From the NCBI GenBank assembly GCA_947484295.1, contig CANKOW010000001.1:9295-73294 (forward strand): DNA of 64,000 nt, written 5' to 3'. Source of the stretch: Alcaligenaceae bacterium. GTDB lineage: Bacteria > Pseudomonadota > Gammaproteobacteria > Burkholderiales > Burkholderiaceae_B. A program made the translations under genes and the position numbers. Under the pieces are notes generated by a model, which worked only from the letters and a program-made list of their open reading frames with translations, was not told the DNA's origin and searched no databases. This document shows, in pieces, positions 9,112 through 18,685 of this stretch; positions within the stretch are counted from its first letter, which is position 1, and every line of letters starts with the position of its first letter.

Positions 9112-10989
9112 GTGATGACAGCAATGCATGAACTGCTAACCTGGCTTCCAGCCCCCCCAAGCGATTTTTCGGCGCTTTTGCGGACGCAAGCGACGGCAGC
9201 AGGCTTGCGTGCGCTTGCTGGTCATGGCTTAGATGACAACCAATTACAAAAACTAGCAAAGCGATTTGCTGCCTTACAGGCACAAGGGGGCGACTTTACT
9301 GGGTTCGCGCCCTTGACGCTTGGTGTTCTTAGCAACGCCACCACGCAAGCGATGGCACCAGCCCTAATCGCCACCGGTTTGCGTTTTGGTTTGCAAATTA
9401 ACGTGGTTGAGGCGCAATTTAATCAAGTTGCGCAAGAGGCCTTCTCTACAGAATCTAGTTTTTCTGAGCAGGCTTTTAACGCTGTCTTAATCGCGCTTGA
9501 TTACCGGGCGCTGCCCTTGTCACCCTGCCCGGGTGATGCGGCAAAAGCACAGCAGACCGTGCGCGATTGTGTCAGCTATATCCAAGCGATCATCTCGGCA
9601 GTACGTCAAAAAACCGGTGTCCAGATTATTTTGCAAAACCTTGTACCGACTGGGCAGGATTTATTTGGTAGTTTTGAACGACGCCTGCCGGGCAGCCTCA
9701 GTTGGTTGCTGACGCAGATTAATGCTGCGCTTGATACCCTGCCCGAAGGCCAGACCCATGTTTTAGACGTCGCAGGTTTGGCCGCTAAAGTCGGTTACGA
9801 AAATTGGCACGATCCGACTCTCTGGAACCTTGCAAAGTTGGCCTTCGCACAAAAATATTTGCCGGCGTATGCCGACCATGTGTGTCGAATCCTGGCTGCC
9901 ACACAAGGCAAAAGTCGTAGATGCCTTGTGCTGGATTTAGACAATACGCTTTGGGGCGGCGTAATTGGCGACGATGGTGTTGAGGGCATCTTAATTGGCC
10001 AAGGCGACCCAACTGCTGAAGCGCATCTTCATTTACAGCGGCTGATCGTTGACTTGCGTGCACGTGGGGTCGTGCTGGCGGTGTCGTCAAAAAATGAAGA
10101 GGCAGCAGCGCGCTTGCCTTTCAAAGAGCACCCCGACATGTTGCTCAAAGAAACGGATATTGCGGTGTTTCAAGCCAACTGGCAGGATAAGGCCACTAAC
10201 ATTCGGGCGATTGCACAGACGCTATCCCTGGGTTTAGAGAGCCTCGTGTTTTTAGATGACAACCCAGCAGAGCGGCTGCAGGTTCGACAGGCCTTGCCAG
10301 AGGTGGCTGTGCCAGAACTGCCACAAGACCCCGCTCTTTTTGCTGATACCTTAATCGCGGCAGGATATTTTGAGGCGTTGGCCTTTTCAGCCGAAGATCA
10401 ACAGCGTGCTGTGTTTTATCAAGATAACGCTAAACGAGCACAGGTACTGAGTCAGGCCACTGACTTAAATGGCTACCTGCAGTCGCTTTCGATGGAGATC
10501 ACGTTGGCGCCCTTCGATGCGTTAGGTCGGGCTCGTATCGCGCAACTGATCAGCAAATCAAACCAATTCAATCTGACAACCAAGCGCTACGCTGAAGCGG
10601 ATATCCACGCGCTTGAACGTAACCCTGAGGTATTTACTAGGCAAATTCGTCTAAAAGATATCTTTGGCGATAACGGCATGATCAGTGTCGTAATTTGTAA
10701 CAAGCTGGCAACGACTTGGGAAATCGACACCTGGTTAATGAGCTGTCGCGTCTTGGGTCGACGTGTGGAAGAGGCTGTCTTACAGGAGATCGTTCATTAT
10801 GCGGCTAAAGAGAACGTTCAGACCCTGATTGGTATCTATCGCCCGACTGCTAGAAATGTGATCGTCAAAGAACATTATCAAAAACTTGGTTTTAAGTTGT
10901 TGCATGAAGCCGCTGATGAGCAGCGCTGGGCGCTTAACTTTCAAGAGTACAGCCCGAAAGAGCTGCCTATGACTTTCAAGAACAATTAA
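9112..10989 (+). CDS. fkbH: FkbH-like glyceryl transferase/phosphatase (HAD-IIIC)
   Basis: CLVLDLDNTLWGG HAD motif I, SSKN, FLDDNPAER, KSNQFNLTT, DIFGDNG, WLMSCRVLGR.VE. Confidence 0.92.
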   Translation: MMTAMHELLTWLPAPPSDFSALLRTQATAAGLRALAGHGLDDNQLQKLAKRFAALQAQGGDFTGFAPLTLGVLSNATTQAMAPALIATGLRFGLQINVVEAQFNQVAQEAFSTESSFSEQAFNAVLIALDYRALPLSPCPGDAAKAQQTVRDCVSYIQAIISAVRQKTGVQIILQNLVPTGQDLFGSFERRLPGSLSWLLTQINAALDTLPEGQTHVLDVAGLAAKVGYENWHDPTLWNLAKLAFAQKYLPAYADHVCRILAATQGKSRRCLVLDLDNTLWGGVIGDDGVEGILIGQGDPTAEAHLHLQRLIVDLRARGVVLAVSSKNEEAAARLPFKEHPDMLLKETDIAVFQANWQDKATNIRAIAQTLSLGLESLVFLDDNPAERLQVRQALPEVAVPELPQDPALFADTLIAAGYFEALAFSAEDQQRAVFYQDNAKRAQVLSQATDLNGYLQSLSMEITLAPFDALGRARIAQLISKSNQFNLTTKRYAEADIHALERNPEVFTRQIRLKDIFGDNGMISVVICNKLATTWEIDTWLMSCRVLGRRVEEAVLQEIVHYAAKENVQTLIGIYRPTARNVIVKEHYQKLGFKLLHEAADEQRWALNFQEYSPKELPMTFKNN

Positions 10990-11051
10990 AAATCGTAAGG
11001 GCCAATGCCTAAGGCTGAGGATTTTAGGCCTCACGCTTTAGTCCATGCCGC

Positions 11052-13070
11052 TTAAGGCCTAACCGTAAACATCTGCGCATTTGGCAGCAATGTGTTCAGA
11101 CCGTCAAAGCTTCGAAGCTGTAAGTTGGGGTTGTATTGTTGCCGTGGTTGGCAAGGCAGCGTAGTGTTCCAACACAGATCATCCGACACAGGGATGTGAA
11201 CCTTTAGCCCCGATTTGAGTGAAACAGCTTCGTAGGGCTCTATCGGTATCGAAGACCATCCCGCCAGATTAGATCTGTTGAACATCGCGGTCTTTGCAAG
11301 AAATGTAATGACCAAGCCTAAAACCAACACTGTGCAAAGGTTATGGCAAGCGCCAATAAATTTGCTGACAGACAGCGAGTTTTCAGTACTGCGCGCCCGT
11401 TTCTGTAACCACAACAGCATCAGCAGGGCAACCAAGGTTAAAAAGAACGTGGCATTGAGGTCGATCTGGCTTAAGCCGTAAAGCACATCGCCGATGTAAA
11501 ACCGCTGGCTTAAACCTAGGCCAGTCTGCAGCTTAAAGGCGTAAAGAACGGCAAGTGCCGCCAACACAAGGCCCACAGCCAACGCCGGCAAGCGCATGTA
11601 ACGCCAGTGTTGCTTAGCGGGGAGACTTATACCCGCGCTTAACAACCAAAGCCCCAAAACAATCATGAGCTCGGGGATTGCGCCTAAAAAGCGAGGATCG
11701 GGTGCTGTCAAAAACCAGAACGTAGCGCCTAAACAAAGCGGCACATACAGGGCATGCAACCGTATATTTTTACGATACGCCTTGTTAACGATTAACAAAA
11801 TCAGGTTAACCGCAAGCAATAAAAGTGCAATACCGCCTAGCACTGAAAAGCGTGCGGGTAACTGGCTGGCCCAAGGTAAAAGCCAATCCCAGCTGCGCAG
11901 CACGATGTCCGGTGCAATGCCTGGTTGTCGAGCCCAGCTGTAAATCGATCTTGCCTCTGCGGTGACTTGGGCAAGGTCTGGCGCATACGGCAGTGACCAT
12001 AAGCCTGCAAAGGTGCTGGGGTAAAACGGCACACCAGATAACACGACCCCGCGTAGCGCATGAATCAAGAGGATTGCAAAGCACACAACAACTAGACGCT
12101 GTACGCTACGAGGCTGATCTTTTAGCCAGACTCGGGTCGGGCGGTACGCGATCACAAGCGCCCCAAGACAAAATAAGGCCATACTCAGTTTGATCGTGAC
12201 TGCGGTGATGCACAGCACAGCTAAAAGCAACAAAAGCAATCGTTTGAGGTGATTATTCTGAGCCACTGCGCCGGCCATGTCTAACCCGCTCTCGACTAAC
12301 AACCTAAACAGCACAAAAAATATCACCACTTGAAACACGGCCACCGCAAAATCCGGCGTGGGTGAGGCAGCCTTCAAGATAAAGCCGCTCAGTAAGACGA
12401 GTGTGGTCGCAAACAAGACCAGTCGGCGGGGTATCGAGCGTGAAACAAGCGTCACACAACTGAAGACCGACAAGGCAAACAAAAACAGGCCGGTTGCCGC
12501 GTAAGCCTCTTCATAAAAGGGATGAAAACTGACCAAGGCGATCAAAGCAAAATAGCTTTGGTTATAGGCCAAGCGCGTATGCAGGTTGACCATGCCAAAC
12601 GTGACTGCTTGCTCGTTCAGCCACTTGATGGCCCCAAAGTGATACAGGCCAGAATCGTAATTACTAGCCCCCTTCATCACCGCAGCAATCCAAATAAATC
12701 CAATCGCACAGCAGGCTAAAAGGTACAGCCAAGCCTGGCCCGAAGACGCAAGCTTGTTCAAGCGAACAACGAATGGCTGTTGCGCAGTAATCAACCAACG
12801 TCGTATCGCAAACACCACGCCCAGCCCCAACACAACAGCGCTCACGTACCAATTAATGGGCAGAACAAAGTGAATGAGTTCGGTGAGCGTGATGCAAAAG
12901 CAAATGCCCAACCAGATATCAGTCACAACCTCAGCGTAACTTTGCGATGGTTGACCACCTGTCGACAGGATCCAACGCTTGAGTAATCCCCCCCACCCCT
13001 TAAAGGCCAAGCCAATCACGCACATCCAAAGTGCGACGATCAGCGTGGCGAGAAGGTGTTGGGGGATCAT
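11052..13070 (-). CDS. Polytopic membrane protein (LIC_10190-like, putative GT-C)
   Basis: 672 aa, many TM segments. YDSGLYH..IKWLNE..G..NLH.RLAYNQS, SPTPD, IKLS, TAPDPRF, C-terminal CW...PC. Confidence 0.7.
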   Translation of the reverse strand: MIPQHLLATLIVALWMCVIGLAFKGWGGLLKRWILSTGGQPSQSYAEVVTDIWLGICFCITLTELIHFVLPINWYVSAVVLGLGVVFAIRRWLITAQQPFVVRLNKLASSGQAWLYLLACCAIGFIWIAAVMKGASNYDSGLYHFGAIKWLNEQAVTFGMVNLHTRLAYNQSYFALIALVSFHPFYEEAYAATGLFLFALSVFSCVTLVSRSIPRRLVLFATTLVLLSGFILKAASPTPDFAVAVFQVVIFFVLFRLLVESGLDMAGAVAQNNHLKRLLLLLLAVLCITAVTIKLSMALFCLGALVIAYRPTRVWLKDQPRSVQRLVVVCFAILLIHALRGVVLSGVPFYPSTFAGLWSLPYAPDLAQVTAEARSIYSWARQPGIAPDIVLRSWDWLLPWASQLPARFSVLGGIALLLLAVNLILLIVNKAYRKNIRLHALYVPLCLGATFWFLTAPDPRFLGAIPELMIVLGLWLLSAGISLPAKQHWRYMRLPALAVGLVLAALAVLYAFKLQTGLGLSQRFYIGDVLYGLSQIDLNATFFLTLVALLMLLWLQKRARSTENSLSVSKFIGACHNLCTVLVLGLVITFLAKTAMFNRSNLAGWSSIPIEPYEAVSLKSGLKVHIPVSDDLCWNTTLPCQPRQQYNPNLQLRSFDGLNTLLPNAQMFTVRP

Positions 13071-13170
13071 GTAAACTAGGCGGGGCTTAAGATGTGGTGA
13101 GCGATTCTTTCGCTATTTTCCCCCATAATTTGCTAAGCGCTCTGCTTTTCATCTCTTCAAGGCTTGCATT

Positions 13171-14292
13171 TTGGTATTTGCTATCCCCCATTTGGCTCTG
13201 GCAGCTGGCGGAGTGGCCGCCTTGGTCATATGCCTGCTGATCGTGTCGACCAAGCGCTGGCACGGTTCGCACACGCTAGATCGTGATGCTGGGGTGCAAA
13301 AGGTTCATGAAGAGCCCACTCCACGAGTGGGGGGTGTGGCCATCCTGCTATCCGCAATGATCGGCGCCACCCTCACGCCACCCGAAGTGGCTGCGATCTT
13401 GTGGCCGATGTTGCTGGCTTCACTACCCGCATTTTTGCTGGGTGCAATCGAAGACCTCTTTAAACGCGATCGGGTTAAAGAACGAATGATTGCGACTTTC
13501 GCTAGCGGTGTGTTGGCCTGGTGGTTAACGGGCGTCAGTTTGACTCGCGTGGGGATCCCCTTAGCCGATTCAGTTCTGGTTTTTGTGCCAATCTCGGTGT
13601 TATTCACCGCCTTTGCCTTAAGCGGTATGACCAATGCCATCAACATTATTGACGGTTTCAACGGGCTGGCCGGAGGCACAGTTTTGCTATGCCTGTCTGC
13701 GCTTGGGTTGATTGCCTTTCAGGCAGCAGATGCCGAAATGGCTAAGATTTGTTTTGTTTTAGCGGGCTCTATTTTTGGATTCATGCTGGTCAATTATCCC
13801 AAAGGTAAGATATTTTTAGGTGATGGCGGTGCTTACCTGCTGGGTTTTTTACTTGGTTGGGTCGCGGTTTTGATTGCCATGCGCAATCCGTACCATGTTT
13901 CTCCTTGGGCGCCTTTGCTCGCCTGCGGCTATCCAGTACTTGAAGTGCTGTTTTCTATGCTCAGAAGGCGTGCTCGCACCTTAGAGCTTGGGGGTGCCGA
14001 TCGTTTGCATCTGCATAGCTTGTTGTGGGGGCGTGTGGCTCGCCGTTGGTTTGCGGGTGCGTCTGTCACTACACAAAACGCAGCTGTTTTTCCTATGATG
14101 ATGTTGTTTGCAGCGGTGCCCGCCGGTTTGGCGGTGGTGTTCAGAAACAAGACCCCGCTATTGATGTTGTCTTTTTTGTTTTGTGCCATTCTGTACGCTT
14201 TCATTTACGCACGATTAGTCCATTTTCATTGGACTTTACCCAGGCTGCGGCCCACTCAAAAATCGCAATCGGGCAAACGCCTCGACCAATAG
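13171..14292 (+). CDS. wecA: WecA/MraY-family undecaprenyl-phosphate HexNAc-1-phosphate transferase
   Basis: KVH..PTPRVGG, NAINIIDGFNGLA, IFLGDGGAY, DRLHLH. TTG start is uncertain. Confidence 0.85.
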   Translation: MVFAIPHLALAAGGVAALVICLLIVSTKRWHGSHTLDRDAGVQKVHEEPTPRVGGVAILLSAMIGATLTPPEVAAILWPMLLASLPAFLLGAIEDLFKRDRVKERMIATFASGVLAWWLTGVSLTRVGIPLADSVLVFVPISVLFTAFALSGMTNAINIIDGFNGLAGGTVLLCLSALGLIAFQAADAEMAKICFVLAGSIFGFMLVNYPKGKIFLGDGGAYLLGFLLGWVAVLIAMRNPYHVSPWAPLLACGYPVLEVLFSMLRRRARTLELGGADRLHLHSLLWGRVARRWFAGASVTTQNAAVFPMMMLFAAVPAGLAVVFRNKTPLLMLSFLFCAILYAFIYARLVHFHWTLPRLRPTQKSQSGKRLDQ

Positions 14293-14300
14293 CGTCCGAG

Positions 14301-14329
14301 TTCGTAAAACCTCTGTCACAGAGTAAAAT
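14301..14329 (+). promoter_or_regulatory. Putative sigma70 promoter of operon 1
   Basis: TTCGTA (14301-14306), 17-bp spacer, TAAAAT (14324-14329), about 55 nt upstream of the ops element. Confidence 0.4.
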
Positions 14330-14361
14330 CCACGCTGGGCAAATGCTCGGCTAATTTTGTT

Positions 14362-14395
14362 GCGCACATACCGTGCGCGGCAGGGCGGTAGCGTG
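14362..14395 (+). promoter_or_regulatory. ops: JUMPstart-like leader with ops element (RfaH/NusG-paralog loading site)
   Basis: Exact GGCGGTAGCGTG at 14384-14395, preceded by hairpin gcgcac-atacc-gtgcgc. Ends 6 nt before the fcl ATG. Confidence 0.85.
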
Positions 14396-14401
14396 GATTT
14401 T

Positions 14402-15391
14402 ATGAACGATCACAACACATCTTTGAAGCACAGCAAAATCTTTGTTGCCGGTCACCGCGGTATGGTTGGCTCGGCCATCGTGCGCCAATTGCTCGGTGCT
14501 GGGCACACACCCGAACAAATCGTCACTCGTACCCGTGCTGAGCTCGACCTGACTGATCAAGCAGCGGTCCGCGCATTTTTTGCCCAAGAAAAGCCAACAG
14601 AGGTGTATTTGGCCGCAGCAAAGGTGGGCGGTATTCACGCTAACAACACCTACCCGGCCGAATTCATTTACGACAATTTGATGGTCGAGGCCAACATCAT
14701 CGATGCGGCCTTTCGGCAAGGTGTTAAAAAATTGTTGTTCTTGGGTAGTAGCTGTATTTATCCAAAACTAGCTGCACAACCGATGGCTGAGAGTGCTTTG
14801 CTGACGGGTACGCTCGAACCAACAAACGAACCGTATGCGATTGCAAAAATTGCTGGCATTAAACTTTGCGAAAGTTATAACCGGCAGTATGGCAAAGAAC
14901 ACGGTATTGATTACCGCAGTGTCATGCCAACAAACCTATACGGCCCTGGCGATAATTACCACCCTGAAAACTCGCATGTGATCCCCGCACTGCTACGCCG
15001 GTTTCATGAAGCCAAACAGGGTAACCTGCCTGCTGTAGCGATTTGGGGATCGGGTAAGCCTTACCGCGAGTTTCTGTACGTTGATGATATGGCCAGCGCC
15101 AGCATCCACGTCATGAATTTGCCCAAACAACAATACGAAACGCATACCTTGCCGATGCAGGGACATATCAACGTGGGTTATGGCTCCGATGTGACGATTG
15201 CAGAGCTTGCCGCAACCGTCGGCAAAGTTGTGGGCTATCAAGGTCAGATTACTTTCGATGCGACTAAACCTGATGGGGCGCCACGCAAGTTGATGGATAG
15301 CGGGCGCTTACGCGCTTTTGGTTGGGCGCCTAAAGTCGATCTTGAGCAAGGTTTGGGCATCGCTTATCAAGATTTCTTAACCAAACAGTGA
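14402..15391 (+). CDS. fcl: GDP-L-fucose synthase (4-keto-6-deoxymannose epimerase/reductase)
   Basis: [45 protein letters not shown]. Start reassigned to ATG 14402, after ops. Confidence 0.95.
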   Translation: MNDHNTSLKHSKIFVAGHRGMVGSAIVRQLLGAGHTPEQIVTRTRAELDLTDQAAVRAFFAQEKPTEVYLAAAKVGGIHANNTYPAEFIYDNLMVEANIIDAAFRQGVKKLLFLGSSCIYPKLAAQPMAESALLTGTLEPTNEPYAIAKIAGIKLCESYNRQYGKEHGIDYRSVMPTNLYGPGDNYHPENSHVIPALLRRFHEAKQGNLPAVAIWGSGKPYREFLYVDDMASASIHVMNLPKQQYETHTLPMQGHINVGYGSDVTIAELAATVGKVVGYQGQITFDATKPDGAPRKLMDSGRLRAFGWAPKVDLEQGLGIAYQDFLTKQ

Positions 15392-15422
15392 GCGTAATGA
15401 CGCTTCTCAGGTTCAGCGTCTA

Positions 15423-17369
15423 ATGTGCGGGATTTTAGGGCTCATCCACAAAGACGCCAAGGCTCGTTGGCCTGACTTATCTGCCACTACCCTAGCGACT
15501 CTTGCTCATCGCGGCCCTGACAGCACCGGCGTTTTATCCGATGCGCACATTCAGTTTGGCCACACCCGCCTGTCGATCATTGACTTGACGAGCGCGGGTC
15601 ACCAGCCGATGACTTACGCCCAAGGGCGTTACACAGTCACCTACAACGGCGAAATCTACAACTATCTTGAATTGCGTGCCGAACTTGAGGCCTTGGGCGA
15701 AGCCTTTGCCAGCCATTCTGATACCGAGGTTCTGCTTGCCGCGTATCGGGTTTGGGGCGAAGCCTGCGTACAGCGTTTTATTGGGCCGTTTGCCTTTGCG
15801 ATTTGGGATAACCTGACCCGACAAGCATTTTTGGCGAGAGACCGCTGTGGCGAAAAGCCACTGTTTTATTCGGCCAACGACTCTAGCTTAGCGTTTGCTT
15901 CAGAGTTAAAAGGATTGCTCCCGCTTTTAGAGCACACGCCGGCTTTAAACCCTAAAGCTGTTGATATGTATTTGCATTACCAATATGTGCCCGAGCCCCT
16001 CACCTTGTTGCAAGGGGTGCATAAGCTTGCCGCGGGGCATACCCTGACCTTAACTGTTGATCAATGGCAAATAAAGCCGGTTCAATATTGGTCAGTTGAG
16101 CAGGCCTCAAACACGGTGGTCGCCCCCCCTCAAAACATGGCAAAGGCTGATATCTTGTCAGCTATTCAAACGGGCCTTGAAGAGGCCGTCAAGCTTACCC
16201 TCAGGTCAGACGTGCCGGTTGGTATCGCTTTGTCAGGCGGCGTTGACTCGGGCGCGATCGCCGCGTTGGCACAAAAAAATTATCCCGAGCCCATGCATGC
16301 CTTTTGTGTCGGCTATCCAGGCAGACCGCCCTATGACGAACGTGAACAAGCCCGTGGCTTAGCTGAATCGCTTGGCATGATTATTCACGAAGTTGAATTG
16401 CCGGTTGAGCAGTTTGTTGAGTTCTTTCCGACCCTTGTAGAGATCATGGATGAGCCTATTGCTGATCCCGCGGCCTTTGGTCATTATTCTGTACCGCGCG
16501 CTGCGGCCGATCAAGGCATCAAGGTCTTGTTATCAGGGGTGGGGGGCGACGAGCTCTTTTGGGGCTATCCCTACGTGACGCAGGCGGTGCAGCTCAATCA
16601 GTTAGCACTTCAGCATCCCACGCTCAGCTGGTTAGCAAGTTGGCTCACCGCACCTGGGGTGCAAACTTTTTTGTTGAAAGTTGCACATTACCCCCACGCG
16701 CATCCCGTATTAAAACGGGCAGCCGATACGCTACAGAAATTAAGCGATCCGCATCAGCCAAAAGATCAACTTTTTTATTATCTGTTGCACCCAGAGTTTG
16801 CAGGACCCTATGCTTTTAAATCGCAGCTGTACGGCCCGGCGATGGCGTCCCTTGCTTCGGATAATGCCTTCGAACCGACCGTGATTGGTCGCAGAGAGTC
16901 AGCGCAAGTGCCTGCAGCGGTCATTCGATTGCTGTTTGAAACTTGGTTGACGTCAAATTGCTTGTCGTTGGGCGATCGGGTCAGCATGGGTGTTGGGGTT
17001 GAAACACGGATGCCATTTTTAGACGCTAACCTGATCGGGCTAGTGATGGCGTTGCGCACTCAGTATCCAGATGATCAACTTGGCAAAAAAGTTTGGTTAC
17101 GCCAAGCGCTGCAAGGCGTATTGCCTGCTGAAGTGTTGGCGCGGCCAAAGGCTGGGTTTCAGCCCCCAGTCAACGAATGGTTAAGCGGTGTTGTCAAACG
17201 TTACGCCTCGGCGCTGGTGGGTGGCCAGTTGCAACAAGCAGGTATCCTGGCTGCAGACCGTGTTTCTGAAATTTGCACGACATTACCCCAGCAAGGCTAC
17301 ACGGGGCTATTTTTGGCTTATAAGCTTGTACTACTTGAGCTGTGGTACCAAAAAGTCGTGAGGCACTGA
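15423..17369 (+). CDS. asnB: Asparagine synthetase-like glutamine amidotransferase (#1)
   Basis: N-terminal MCG, HRGPD, YNGEIYN, LSGGVDS, GGDELFWGY, ETRMPFLD. Confidence 0.92.
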   Translation: MCGILGLIHKDAKARWPDLSATTLATLAHRGPDSTGVLSDAHIQFGHTRLSIIDLTSAGHQPMTYAQGRYTVTYNGEIYNYLELRAELEALGEAFASHSDTEVLLAAYRVWGEACVQRFIGPFAFAIWDNLTRQAFLARDRCGEKPLFYSANDSSLAFASELKGLLPLLEHTPALNPKAVDMYLHYQYVPEPLTLLQGVHKLAAGHTLTLTVDQWQIKPVQYWSVEQASNTVVAPPQNMAKADILSAIQTGLEEAVKLTLRSDVPVGIALSGGVDSGAIAALAQKNYPEPMHAFCVGYPGRPPYDEREQARGLAESLGMIIHEVELPVEQFVEFFPTLVEIMDEPIADPAAFGHYSVPRAAADQGIKVLLSGVGGDELFWGYPYVTQAVQLNQLALQHPTLSWLASWLTAPGVQTFLLKVAHYPHAHPVLKRAADTLQKLSDPHQPKDQLFYYLLHPEFAGPYAFKSQLYGPAMASLASDNAFEPTVIGRRESAQVPAAVIRLLFETWLTSNCLSLGDRVSMGVGVETRMPFLDANLIGLVMALRTQYPDDQLGKKVWLRQALQGVLPAEVLARPKAGFQPPVNEWLSGVVKRYASALVGGQLQQAGILAADRVSEICTTLPQQGYTGLFLAYKLVLLELWYQKVVRH

Positions 17370-18685
17370 TGGCGCCGCCAACGCAGCTAAGTGCCTCTCG
17401 CTCTACCCTTGAAGCTACGCCTTTAATTCTGCTGTACAACCCTATTTCTGGGCACGGGCATCTTGATTCTTGGAACGCCTTGTTTATTGGTTTTTTGTTA
17501 GAGGCGGGTTGGCGGGTCGCATCTTTAAGCCCGGGTGGCGAAGATTTGCGCGCGCGCTTAGGCCTTAGGCAATTGGCGCAGCACCCCAATTTAAAGATAT
17601 TGGCTTGGCGATTACCGGCGCGTAGTGTTTATCAGCGTGTTCGATCCAGGGTAACGCGGCTATTTAAGCAGTTCGTGCCAAGTGCCAATTTAGATGCTGC
17701 ACAAGTTGCGCAATTGAAGCAACTTGAAGCCGCCTATTTGCAGCCCCAAGAGTTCGCTGAGCGTGTAGCAGATGCCACGCAACAATTGGGCACTCGCCCG
17801 GCGTTTGTGTTCAACATGTACATGGATCTGTATCGCAACGACACGCTTGGTTGGCGTCCGTTTCGTGACCTGCACGCAATCCCTTGGGGCGGCATCCGTT
17901 TTGTGCCATCGCCTGCGCCCCCTGATGAGGCCTACTACGCGCTCTCAAGCCTGGCCGGGATGTGCTTTTTAGACGAGCAAGTGCAGCAGGCGTACTCGGC
18001 TGCGCTGCCGCACAAGCGTTTTGAATATTTGCCAGATGTGACGGATGCCAGCCTACCCGCCACGGCGAGTGAATTTACCTTAGACCTAAAAAAGCGCGCC
18101 GCGGGTCGCAAAATAGTATTTTTAGGGGGCACCATTGGCAGTAACAAAAACCTAAGCCAGTGGTTTGCGCTCATTGCGCAAGCAAACCCGGCCGAGTGGT
18201 TTTTTGTGCAGCTTGGTGAGGTTCACGAGCAAAATCTTACGGCGGATGATCTATCGGCCTACCGGCAAGCCTTGGCGACTACGCCTGAAAATGTTTTTAT
18301 CTACCCCCAGTATCTGCCAGACGAAAGAACCTTTAACGAGGTGATCGCACTTAGCGACATCATTTTTGCGGTGTACCGCAAGTTTGGTATCAGCAGCAAT
18401 ATGCCAGGTAAAGCAGCAGCCTTTGAAAAACCTATTTTGGTAGCCGAGGGCTATTTGATGGGCGCACGCGTTAGCACATATCAAATTGGCTTGGCTGTGC
18501 CCGAAGACGACTCAACCAAGCTGTTGCAGGCCTTGACTGCTTTGGCGCAACCGCTTGCCTTGCGCGACGTCGCGTTGTCCAAGCACTTTGCCGCGTATCG
18601 CCAAGATTTTAGTCACGACGCCTTAAAGGTTAAATTCTTTCATTTCTTAGAGCAAGCAGGTGCCCGTTCACTTGGGCTGACTTGA
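17369..18685 (+). CDS. GT-B (GT4-like) glycosyltransferase, paralog A
   Basis: ATG overlaps the upstream TGA. GHLDSW, LPD.TD, SSN...KAAAFEKPILV. Paralog of the next gene. Confidence 0.75.
   Translation: MAPPTQLSASRSTLEATPLILLYNPISGHGHLDSWNALFIGFLLEAGWRVASLSPGGEDLRARLGLRQLAQHPNLKILAWRLPARSVYQRVRSRVTRLFKQFVPSANLDAAQVAQLKQLEAAYLQPQEFAERVADATQQLGTRPAFVFNMYMDLYRNDTLGWRPFRDLHAIPWGGIRFVPSPAPPDEAYYALSSLAGMCFLDEQVQQAYSAALPHKRFEYLPDVTDASLPATASEFTLDLKKRAAGRKIVFLGGTIGSNKNLSQWFALIAQANPAEWFFVQLGEVHEQNLTADDLSAYRQALATTPENVFIYPQYLPDERTFNEVIALSDIIFAVYRKFGISSNMPGKAAAFEKPILVAEGYLMGARVSTYQIGLAVPEDDSTKLLQALTALAQPLALRDVALSKHFAAYRQDFSHDALKVKFFHFLEQAGARSLGLT

Noticed and set aside
4556-10989. FkbH+ACP+DH-KR as part of a polyketide or tetronate cluster
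   Set aside because: No ketosynthase, FabH-like, AT or NRPS gene in 64 kb. The context is purely glycan biosynthesis with an MBOAT/SGNH outlet.
10990-11051. Bidirectional terminator between FkbH and the convergent gene
   Set aside because: Only a weak gcctaa/ttaggc stem with a long loop and no clear U-tract.
14357-14401. ORF-track N-terminal extension of fcl
   Set aside because: It runs through the ops leader; ATG 14402 gives a normal Fcl length.
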